Shown: piece by piece, positions 30,178 to 37,986 of the stretch
How positions within the stretch are numbered: position 1 is the stretch's first letter
Layout of the letters: the number at the start of each line of letters is the position of its first letter
From: Gammaproteobacteria bacterium
GTDB taxonomy: Bacteria > Pseudomonadota > Gammaproteobacteria > S012-40
Assembly (NCBI GenBank): GCA_029881255.1
Contig: JAOUMY010000005.1
Location: 66,479 to 130,478 of the forward strand
Reading direction: 5' to 3'
Length of the DNA stretch: 64,000 bases
Program-made: the position numbers and the translations under genes
Notes under the pieces: model-generated
Seen by the model: the letters and a program-made list of their open reading frames with translations, nothing else
Told to the model about the DNA's origin: nothing
Database searches by the model: none

Positions 30178-30761
30178 TTAAAAGTATTTCATTTATCCTC
30201 TGCCTCACCTTCTCATCAATTAGCTGTGCCGCCGATGCATTGCGTGAGATACCGTGGCCAAACAAATCCACGTGTATTGATTGCTTGCAGGTGGAACTCA
30301 ATCGTTATCAGTTTCAGTTACCCAGCAGTGATGTAAAGTCGGTTTCGACGCAAACGCTTTCGAGCACGGTAGTGGATATTCAATTAACGCGTGATGCCAG
30401 CCAACGCGGTATCGCCTTGATGGAATTGACACCGGAAAAGTTAACCGCGGATTTTGAACAACTCGGCTATTTTTCAAAGCTGCATATCAAAAACACTCGC
30501 GAGTTTTTTCTCGTCCTCGGCAAAACCTATGACGAAAAATCCCCCGGCGACATCATGCGCAAGACCATGGCGGTGGATGTGGCCAGTGAATATGTGTGGA
30601 GCCATAAAGATAATCTGAGTGCGTTCTGGATGAAATCGAATAATCCAAGTTCGCAGAGTGTGTATGTGGTGAATGATAAGGAAGCAAATGTGTTGTTTGT
30701 AGGTGGTGCGGTGACGGAGGAGTTGTTTGGGAGGATTTTGGGGACGTTGCGGATTCGGTGA
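30168..30761 (+). CDS. Exported protein, cassette 2 (P2)
   Basis: ATG 30168 overlaps the S2 end; signal peptide, IPWP, CxxC, NRYQFQLP, C-terminal ILGTLRIR. Confidence 0.7.
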   Translation: MGVVKSISFILCLTFSSISCAADALREIPWPNKSTCIDCLQVELNRYQFQLPSSDVKSVSTQTLSSTVVDIQLTRDASQRGIALMELTPEKLTADFEQLGYFSKLHIKNTREFFLVLGKTYDEKSPGDIMRKTMAVDVASEYVWSHKDNLSAFWMKSNNPSSQSVYVVNDKEANVLFVGGAVTEELFGRILGTLRIR

Positions 30762-30762
30762 A

Positions 30763-30787
30763 GAAAGTTGTATCTGTTCCCAATTTC
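30763..30787 (-). repeat. REP-like junction motif
   Basis: GAAATTGGGAACAGATACAACTTTC (minus strand), directly after the P2 stop. Confidence 0.6.
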
Positions 30788-30795
30788 AGTGACCA

Positions 30796-30853
30796 ACCGT
30801 CTCATCACCTTGATACTGTCGGGCCCGGAAATTGGGTTTATGGAGACGGTGAT
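30796..30853 (+). repeat. Remnant of a P4-like gene 3' end
   Basis: Encodes RLITLILSGPEIGFMETV; similar to 32132-32190 and 34767-34825. Confidence 0.7.
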
Positions 30854-30939
30854 ATCAGAAATCAACAACGCGGAACATTCGCAGACCAGATAAAATATTT
30901 TTTTCGTGGATCAGAAAAACAATAAGAGGAAATTTCTCA

Positions 30940-31620
30940 ATGAATAGCGAACAACAAAACGACAAAGCGCAAAATTTTAACCAAATGTTGGTAAGGGCAA
31001 TCTTCAATACCTCAGTAGCCATACTTATCTGCATACCAATAAGCTTTTTTGATTACCCAGACTACATCGATTCAATCCTGGATAGCGCCTTTTTCCTGTC
31101 TTGGATTCTATGTGGTGCGTTAATAACCACGCTGCACTTTAGAATGAAAAAGGCAAAACTAGGCTGGCTTGCTTTGTCATATTGGTCGATACTATTTATT
31201 TTGCCTATCTTCATGCCATTTTACCTTCCTGTATTTTTTTCGCTCATTGGCGCACAAGTCTACAATAAAGCGAAGAATCCGCTGACACTCGGCGATGACG
31301 AGACTGCCCTTGTACCTGATAATAGCGAAACGGAATTAACAGCGACTCAGGATGGGAGTTCATCTTTGACGCTTGCCTGGGTTCTTCTCATTTCTCATTT
31401 TCCCTATCTCGTGTTCCTATATACCTTCGACTATTCTGAGTGGAATGGAGTCTTCGCTTTGACGACGACATTTTGCATCGCCGCCCCGGTGACTATTCTC
31501 ACCATTTTTTTTCTGGGCGGAAATGCGCCGCAGAAGGAACGCGGCCAAATCAGCTTTATAAAGCTGATCATGCTAGCGGCGTTGATAGCAGAAGTATACC
31601 TGTCCACAACAGGACACTAG
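30940..31620 (+). CDS. Hypothetical multi-pass membrane protein
   Basis: AAGGA RBS, about six hydrophobic segments, no recognised motif. Confidence 0.65.
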   Translation: MNSEQQNDKAQNFNQMLVRAIFNTSVAILICIPISFFDYPDYIDSILDSAFFLSWILCGALITTLHFRMKKAKLGWLALSYWSILFILPIFMPFYLPVFFSLIGAQVYNKAKNPLTLGDDETALVPDNSETELTATQDGSSSLTLAWVLLISHFPYLVFLYTFDYSEWNGVFALTTTFCIAAPVTILTIFFLGGNAPQKERGQISFIKLIMLAALIAEVYLSTTGH

Positions 31621-32037
31621 AATAAATCTGCCTGAATCAGGTTTAGAACGGGAAAATTGTAAGACACGCCGATTACTAAAAACAAACTGTTTCCTGTTAT
31701 ACAAGAGTAGATATCGTCTATGCGAAAATCAGGGAGATTTAAATGATTTACCGGACACGTGTAGTCATTGCAGACTGGTATTGCAAATTGCCGTAGCCTT
31801 CACCTGGAGATAGTTCGCTGAATGTTACCTAATATGTCAGCCATTAAACTTTCCATTCTTCGAATTATTTTCAAAAAGTTCGAACTCTACGCCGATTCGC
31901 AAGAATTCAACTTCTGTTCCGCACACTCAATCATGTCGTCCAGCTAATGTCTCCCCCCCGATTACTCCCGGGTTAGACTCCCGACTAAACTGCGGAAAGC
32001 AACAGGCCGCGCTATAAAGATGGCGATTGGGCTGAAA

Positions 32038-32108
32038 AGAATAGATCGAACACTTAGTTGTGTAAAGTTTTTGAAGTTATCAGGGGTTCGCTAGTTCGAA
32101 GGTAGTAA
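32038..32108 (-). promoter_or_regulatory. Repeated promoter module copy 3
   Basis: TTTACA-N17-TATTCT with a degenerate TAGTTC...GTAGTA box at the same spacing. Confidence 0.55.
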
Positions 32109-32131
32109 GCCCTATAGCAATTATCCTGACC

Positions 32132-32190
32132 TTGCCCGACCGTCTCATCACCTTGAGATTGCGGGGTCGGGATATTGGGTTTATGGAAAC
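32132..32190 (+). repeat. Remnant of a P4-like gene 3' end
   Basis: Encodes LPDRLITLRLRGRDIGFME versus LPDRLITLTLWGRDIGFLE in P4. Confidence 0.75.
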
Positions 32191-32332
32191 TGGGATTTGG
32201 GGGCAAATTATATAAAAATGTACTGAGAATTCAGTAGCTAGTTCGTTCTGCATAGTTTGAATTCTCGCCTTTACATCAACATGTTTGCCATGTTACGGTT
32301 TCCTCACGAAAACACTTAAATTGCTAGTTAAA

Positions 32333-32998
32333 ATGAAAATAATAGCTCTTCCAATTGCCGTAGCCTTCACCTTATTCCTCAGCCCGCCGGGTTTCGCCGA
32401 AACGGACTCATTGCCCACAGCCATGCAGTCCTGCGCCAATATGACGGTTTGTGAGCAAACAGCGGTCAAGCAGCCGTTTCCCGGAGCGGGAAACAATCTG
32501 GAAGTCGCTGTTGGTGGTGGACACTTTTCATTCTTTCCGCCTGATGCCGTAACCGATGTCGCCGTGGGGTGGGGAGAGTCGCCAAACTATGTGATCAGAC
32601 TCAAGGGTGGCAAGCTCATGGCATCCGAGGAGCGTCTGGTGCGCCTGGATAACACGGGTCTTTGCTCAGCGAACGAGTCGCCAGCACCAACTCTGGCACG
32701 TTTTCTTTTTCTTCAGACCGCGAAAGAAAAGGAACCTGACGACAAATGTCAACAAACAATTTTCAGGCTGGCTTTTTTTCAAAAGAGTTCGTCCATATTC
32801 AAGGATGCTCAACATTTGGTCTGGTTCGAGAAGAACAACCTGGAGATTTATCTCGCCAATGTTTCGGGCATTGATCACGACACCTACGCGATGGTGACTC
32901 ATCGAGACAAGCCGTTCCACTATTTAGTGATACGTACCCAGGGAGTTGATAGAGAACGTTTGCTCAAAACACTTGCAACAATAAAAATAAAACCATAA
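32333..32998 (+). CDS. Exported protein, cassette 3 (P3)
   Basis: Signal peptide MKIIALPIAVAFTLFLSPPGFA, N-terminal Cys pair, GHFSFFPP, FLFLQTAKEKEP, C-terminal TLATIKIKP. Confidence 0.72.
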   Translation: MKIIALPIAVAFTLFLSPPGFAETDSLPTAMQSCANMTVCEQTAVKQPFPGAGNNLEVAVGGGHFSFFPPDAVTDVAVGWGESPNYVIRLKGGKLMASEERLVRLDNTGLCSANESPAPTLARFLFLQTAKEKEPDDKCQQTIFRLAFFQKSSSIFKDAQHLVWFEKNNLEIYLANVSGIDHDTYAMVTHRDKPFHYLVIRTQGVDRERLLKTLATIKIKP

Positions 32999-33008
32999 GG
33001 CCTTATCT

Positions 33009-33353
33009 ATGACACTGACCTATACACAACAGAAAGATGTTGCGGAGTTGTTGGCTGCACTCTTTAACGACAATGAATATCTCTACCACGTAAACAAAAT
33101 CAACCGCGAAACTGTGCGTTACGCGGAAGACGTTATTGTGATGTTCCGCTTCTGTAACAAGGCATCGGCTGGATTGTTGGCGGGGATACAGTGCATTCCG
33201 AAGTCTAAAAACATCTATGGCTGGTTACTAAGCTGTCTTCCTGCAGTACATAAAGTGGTCAAGGCCAATCGCGAGATTTTCTATTCTAATTTTATGTGCG
33301 ATATCGCAATACAGTCGCATCGAAATGCGCTTAAAGGGACGATGATCCGCTAG
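33009..33353 (+). CDS. Small helical C...GWL...C protein, cassette 3 (S3)
   Basis: 114 aa, INRET...FCNK...YGWLL...FMC. Confidence 0.7.
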   Translation: MTLTYTQQKDVAELLAALFNDNEYLYHVNKINRETVRYAEDVIVMFRFCNKASAGLLAGIQCIPKSKNIYGWLLSCLPAVHKVVKANREIFYSNFMCDIAIQSHRNALKGTMIR

Positions 33354-33648
33354 TGGGGGCGATGAATACGCATTTGGCTTGTCGGAGTCGAGCAGTTATG
33401 GGATAGATCTGGTGTATCAACATCTGTTCAACCACCCACAGCGTCCCGCGAACTTCGGCATCGTAACTACTAATATGGTAGGGAACGCCAATGCCACTGG
33501 TGTTTCCTGTCATCAGCGAACCTGGAGGCGCCGTATATGTGCCTTTGGGAATTGGTGCATACAAGCCCGGCATGCCGGAGCGAACCTTCCATGATTTTCC
33601 GAAGCCCTGTAGTTGTTGCAGATTAGTGTTATAAACAAGCGTGGTCAT
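33331..33648 (-). pseudogene. Tlde1/DUF2778-like effector N-terminal fragment with an unrelated tail
   Basis: VRSG...APIPKGTY resembles the L,D-transpeptidase-like effector N-terminus. No catalytic H...GC motif follows. Confidence 0.45.
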
Positions 33649-34151
33649 TTTTTACAATTTCCTTTCAGTAATTCTAGTTGTTTTTCGAGATCGTGGTATT
33701 TTGGCGCACTTTCCCCACTCCAGAACAGCAGCACAGTATTGTTATCGCGTTGTGTGCAGAGATATACGCGTAGCACGAACGTGGTATCGTTGTATCGATA
33801 ACCGGTGTACTGCCAGGGTGTGCCATCGCCAGTCTGCTTTTGAGTATTTGGGAATTGCTGACTATCCATATCGGCTAGTCGTTGATAGTAGTTGCGCCCA
33901 ACCCCCCTTGTATCAACAAACCACAACATATTATCGCTACCGAACGTGGGTTTGATCCATGTAGATGTGTTGATATCCAGACCCTGTTCGATCAAGGCAG
34001 CGAGAAATTCATTGTCGGCAGCGAGTATGGCCCGCTCATCAATGGAAACTTTCAACCAGCCGTCTACTGTATCGTTTTTGTTTGCAAAACAACTGGTGGA
34101 ACAAACAAATGCCATCAGCGAAAACAATAGAATGAAATGTCGGTGACGCAT
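33645..34151 (-). CDS. Exported hypothetical protein (possible immunity partner)
   Basis: Clear signal peptide; stop overlaps the start of the downstream ORF. Confidence 0.65.
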   Translation of the reverse strand: MRHRHFILLFSLMAFVCSTSCFANKNDTVDGWLKVSIDERAILAADNEFLAALIEQGLDINTSTWIKPTFGSDNMLWFVDTRGVGRNYYQRLADMDSQQFPNTQKQTGDGTPWQYTGYRYNDTTFVLRVYLCTQRDNNTVLLFWSGESAPKYHDLEKQLELLKGNCKK

Positions 34152-34240
34152 AGCGTGGAATTCTCAATACGGGTTCAGCAACAACATGGAACTATGCATA
34201 GATAGGCCTATCCATTTATCAGTTTTTATAGCTGTGACCA

Positions 34241-34314
34241 AGACTACGCCCGATTAAGTAGGTGTGTAAAGTTCTTTATATATGTACCGGATCGAATAGT
34301 ACAAAGGTGGTATC
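34241..34314 (-). promoter_or_regulatory. Repeated promoter module copy 4
   Basis: TTTACA-N18-TAGTCT with a TAGTAC-AAAG-GTGGTA box at the same spacing. Confidence 0.55.
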
Positions 34315-34364
34315 TCTTTTGCTGGTGCTCAATTTATGCCGCAAAACATATTGAGTAGCCCGCG

Positions 34365-34856
34365 ATGTCGAAGGGCAAAGCAAAACCAATTCACTATGGC
34401 CCCCTGAATATCGATCTGCCCGAAAACCCGACTTCTATAAGCACCTCGGGAATCGATGGCAAGTTAGTCATCACCTTTACTGGCAAGACCGAGGCTGACT
34501 ATAGCCAACTGATGAATATGGATTTCAGCAAAAGCCAGTTTCGTCTCGCCGACAAAGCACGCATTCAATACGGCGCACTGAAAGCAGCGAAGAACGCTTT
34601 GAACGAACAAGATCAGGCCTTTTGGAATCGCCACCTGCAAAACAGACATGCGCTGTTTTCAGAAAAGTCACGATTGTTCATTACCGGCCACTCTGGTCTA
34701 ACGGTTTACTATTCCAATGAACGACCTCAGTGGTGGTCCGCACAGGCGATCATTACTTTGGACGAGTTGCCCGACCGGCTTATCACGTTAACACTGTGGG
34801 GTCGAGATATTGGGTTTCTGGAGTCGGTGATTGCGGGAATTAAAATAAAAAAATAG
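34365..34856 (+). CDS. Cassette 4 P-type protein lacking a signal peptide (probably 5'-truncated, P4)
   Basis: GPLNIDLP near the start and VIAGIKIKK at the end parallel P2 and P3. Confidence 0.55.
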   Translation: MSKGKAKPIHYGPLNIDLPENPTSISTSGIDGKLVITFTGKTEADYSQLMNMDFSKSQFRLADKARIQYGALKAAKNALNEQDQAFWNRHLQNRHALFSEKSRLFITGHSGLTVYYSNERPQWWSAQAIITLDELPDRLITLTLWGRDIGFLESVIAGIKIKK

Positions 34857-34868
34857 GAGGACAAATCC

Positions 34869-35043
34869 ATGGCATTAACATCAGAAGAACAGGCGCTGGG
34901 GCGTCGGGCGTGGATTCCTACGCCGTTGTTTACGCGCGGCAGTGAAGATACTGAAAGACAATCCTTTCGCTGCCACCGCTTGTCAACGTGCAATCGCAGG
35001 CTCGTTGATTAAAGCAGAAATTTTTATGTCGGCGGAGAATTGA
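34869..35043 (+). pseudogene. Internally deleted fourth small protein (S4)
   Basis: AGGAGG RBS and MALTSEEQAL, then in the +1 frame GVGRGFLRRCLRAAVKILK...ACQRAIAG...stop at 35043, matching the S1 C-half. Confidence 0.6.
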
Positions 35044-35098
35044 GATGAGGTATCTATCATGACTACTCTCGAACTTCTATATCTCTTTATTTAAATCA

Positions 35099-35996
35099 TC
35101 ACATCTTCCAAATGGAAAGATGCCTCCATCCATCGGGAAAACCCATGATCGCTGGCCTGGCAATAGGATGATTATCCATCAATTGCATCAAGCGATTCTT
35201 CCAATGGGTGTTGGGACTTATACGTTCCATCAGGTACTCCAATAGAACCAGCGTATTGTACAGTTTCTTGGATTGAGCCGGATTGAAACAGGCAATGAAC
35301 TGCGCGGGGCGGCGACTGGGTATTTTCATTTGAAAACCAAATTGCCGATTCCATAATCGACTGTGATGGGCGCAAATGTTCCGGATGATGGTGAGGTGAT
35401 GTAAGAATGAAATCAGTACGCTTTCGTCCAGATCATAAATATCCGCAATGGCTCGACGATCAGCTCGCTTTTTTGATGTTGGAAACCCACTTGGAAAGTT
35501 GGCCGAGTGACATTACCTCGACCACTGCCCAGATAGGTGGTAATTCTAGATCATCGTACTTGTTTCGATAGTGATTGATGAAGGTTTCCTGGCTGCGATC
35601 AATTTCTTCTTTAAGGTTTTTTATGCAACGTTGGTATTGATTGCCATTATTGAAAATGGATTTATCAAGAAACGCGTGGGCACCATAGATATGGCCCAAG
35701 TGATAAGCCCATTGTGTTCGCACAGAAACTTCGATTCGTTCGATCGCATCCATCACCAATAGCCGTAATTCACGATCGAAAATGTAAAGGTGTAAGACGT
35801 CTTCGAATGTTGTGCCAGTCTTGAATTGATGGGTGGAGTGATCTGCTTCAAACGGAAGCCAGTAAGCACCTAGGCGATAATAGTTGAGGTGTGCAAGATA
35901 GTGGCATGCCCGGTTATGGTCGGGGATCGACATCCCTCGGGTTTCAAGTAGATGGATTTGTTGTTCGAGGGTGGTTGGGGGCTTGGTAAAACGCAT
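35099..35996 (-). pseudogene. Abi (AbiD/AbiF, Abi_2) HEPN protein with two frameshifts
   Basis: [53 protein letters not shown]. Shifts at the T6 run near 35470 and near 35340. Confidence 0.88.
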
Positions 35997-36010
35997 TGAC
36001 TAGCCCCAGT

Positions 36011-36060
36011 AAAAGTAACCCGCCGGGGTGCGCAGATCTGACGGAATGCGTGGCGGGTGT
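36011..36060 (-). ncRNA. abiF-type leader/antitoxin RNA hairpin (candidate)
   Basis: ACCCGCC...GGCGGGT stem with inner CGCA/TGCG and a short U-tract, lying between a TTGAAA...GATAAT promoter and the Abi start. Confidence 0.6.
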
Positions 36061-36377
36061 TGTTGCTGCTAATTATCGGCAACTTTTTATCTTTTTCAAG
36101 GAGAAATTTACTGTTTGCGAAAAAAAGCGGCTGCGCTTTCAGTAAATACCTATGAAAAGCAGGCCTAGCAAATAACCGTTCAATTAGAGGTTCCGCATGT
36201 TGGAATATAGTTTTTAGAGACAATTCACCGCCCCTTTCCCTCTTTATTAATGTTTATTTTGTATTGCATAAGAATAATCGTAGTATCGTGATTTTACAAA
36301 AAGTAATTAATAATTTCATGTAGTTATTAGTACTTTCGGGGCAGCTCAGCAATTTTTGTGGCCTATCGGTTTCCCGC

Positions 36378-36541
36378 CTGGCGCGGGCGGTGACGAGTGC
36401 GGTGCGTATCGGTTTGGGTTTGCTTGGGTGTTGGTTTTGTATATAGGCGAGGGATTTGAGTAATTTTGCGAACGGGCCTTCGGGAGATATTGAGTTTGAG
36501 AAAGGCCTTTACCAGCGGAAAACCGGGGCCGGGTTTGAGGA
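36378..36541. repeat. Two exact duplicated pieces of the 5'-nucleotidase gene
   Basis: 36378-36484 equals 27780-27886 (107 bp); 36489-36541 equals 28289-28341 (53 bp). Confidence 0.92.
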
Positions 36542-36603
36542 AAGTAGGGGCAGATACCAGTTTTCGCTAATGTAAGCAGTAGCTTGTATCTGACCCGACT
36601 TTC
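36540..36603. repeat. Inverted pair of REP-like junction motifs
   Basis: GAAAGTAGGGGCAGATACCAG ... AGCTTGTATCTGACCCGACTTTC. Confidence 0.7.
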
Positions 36604-36626
36604 CCTTGACCAGATGCAACATAAGA

Positions 36627-36660
36627 GTTATACGTTACATACATCTATTTAACGTATAAC
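36627..36660. promoter_or_regulatory. Inverted-repeat operator upstream of the nucleotidyltransferase
   Basis: GTTATACGTTA-N12-TAACGTATAAC, downstream of TTGACC at 36606. Confidence 0.6.
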
Positions 36661-36665
36661 ACCCT

Positions 36666-37712
36666 ATGGAAAACTTGCCGCTTTCGACCACTACCCTGTT
36701 CCAACAATTTGTCGAACAGGTCACCTCCGACGAATTGAGCCGGGATCTAGGTGATCTGGCCGGCAGCTTTGTATCCAAGGAGGTGAAGGGAAAGCCTTAT
36801 TGGTATCTCCAATACCATGAAGCGGGAAAACAAAAACAGGTATACCTTGGGCCCGAGAATGACAGAGTTCTGAAACTTGTAAACAATTGGGATGACATTC
36901 GAACCGAGGCAAAACTCAGCCAGCAACGTCGACAAGAAATGTGCGCCATGTTAAAAGCGGGCGGTTTACTTGCGCTGGACTCGGCCGTTGGTAAGGTACT
37001 GTCGATGCTTGCAGACAGCGGTATCTTTCGCGCGGGTGTCGTACTGGTCGGAACACAAGCGTTTCGATCTTATGGAAATCTACTCGGCGTAAAGTTATTC
37101 GGTTCTGCGATACAAACACACGATATCGATCTCATTCAGGACCTCGACGTTGACGTGGTACTTCAGTCCAATATCCAAATCGACTTTGGCGACATAATCG
37201 AACGTACCGAGATGGGGTTTATACCTATCCCTGCGTTAAATCCAAAACATCCTTCGACGTCGTTCAAGATTCGACGAAAAGAAATCAAACTCGATATGCT
37301 CACACCGCTCATTGGCAAGCCTGAGTCCGGTCCAATAAAACTACATTCACTCCAGACCTATGCCCAACCATTGCGATTTCTCGACTTCCTAATAAAGGAA
37401 CCGATACAAACCGTGTTAATCGACAACGCCGGTATCCTGGTGAATATTCCTCATCCGGCTCGTTATGCGCTGCATAAATGCATCATTTCATCACGACGTC
37501 CAATTACACAAAGAGCGAAAAGTAAGAAAGATATTTTTCAAGCAGAAATCCTGTTCCAGGTTCTCCTCGACATCGATCGCGTATCACTTCTTTCTGCATG
37601 GAAAGACCTGGAAAGTTTCGGAAAGAACTGGCAGAGCCATGCTCGTGAAGGAATAGACAAGATTTCTGACAAGGAACTGCTTAGCAAGCTTGCTGAATTG
37701 TTGTCGTTTTGA
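36666..37712 (+). CDS. GSU2403-like nucleotidyltransferase-fold protein
   Basis: GKPYWY...YLG N-domain, VLVGTQAF..YG, THDID, PHPARYALHK, KKDIFQA. Confidence 0.8.
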   Translation: MENLPLSTTTLFQQFVEQVTSDELSRDLGDLAGSFVSKEVKGKPYWYLQYHEAGKQKQVYLGPENDRVLKLVNNWDDIRTEAKLSQQRRQEMCAMLKAGGLLALDSAVGKVLSMLADSGIFRAGVVLVGTQAFRSYGNLLGVKLFGSAIQTHDIDLIQDLDVDVVLQSNIQIDFGDIIERTEMGFIPIPALNPKHPSTSFKIRRKEIKLDMLTPLIGKPESGPIKLHSLQTYAQPLRFLDFLIKEPIQTVLIDNAGILVNIPHPARYALHKCIISSRRPITQRAKSKKDIFQAEILFQVLLDIDRVSLLSAWKDLESFGKNWQSHAREGIDKISDKELLSKLAELLSF

Positions 37713-37755
37713 AAAAAGTGAGGTCAGATTGAAACAGCCACATTATATCGGCCAC

Positions 37756-37787
37756 CTTAAAGGGACGATGATCCGCTAGTGGGGGCG
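37756..37787. repeat. 32-bp exact copy of the S3 3' end
   Basis: CTTAAAGGGACGATGATCCGCTAGTGGGGGCG equals 33330-33361. Confidence 0.9.
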
Positions 37788-37986
37788 GATTCAATTCCAA
37801 ACCTGCGTCTTGAAATTCCCCGGGCAGACGATTGATATCCCTGTCGGGAGTCATAAATGCCTCAAGCCGTTCGGTGATAATTCGAAAACTCAGAGGAAAC
37901 TAAAATAAGAGCCATATCGGGGGTAGACCCCTTTTTTCTGTTACTATGCGCCCGTTCTCTATCCATAACCCACCAGGACAAACCCC

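Noticed and set aside
36627..36660. Possible dif/Xer site
   Set aside because: Arms are separated by 12 bp rather than 6 and lack the XerD TTATGTTAAAT arm; better explained as an operator.
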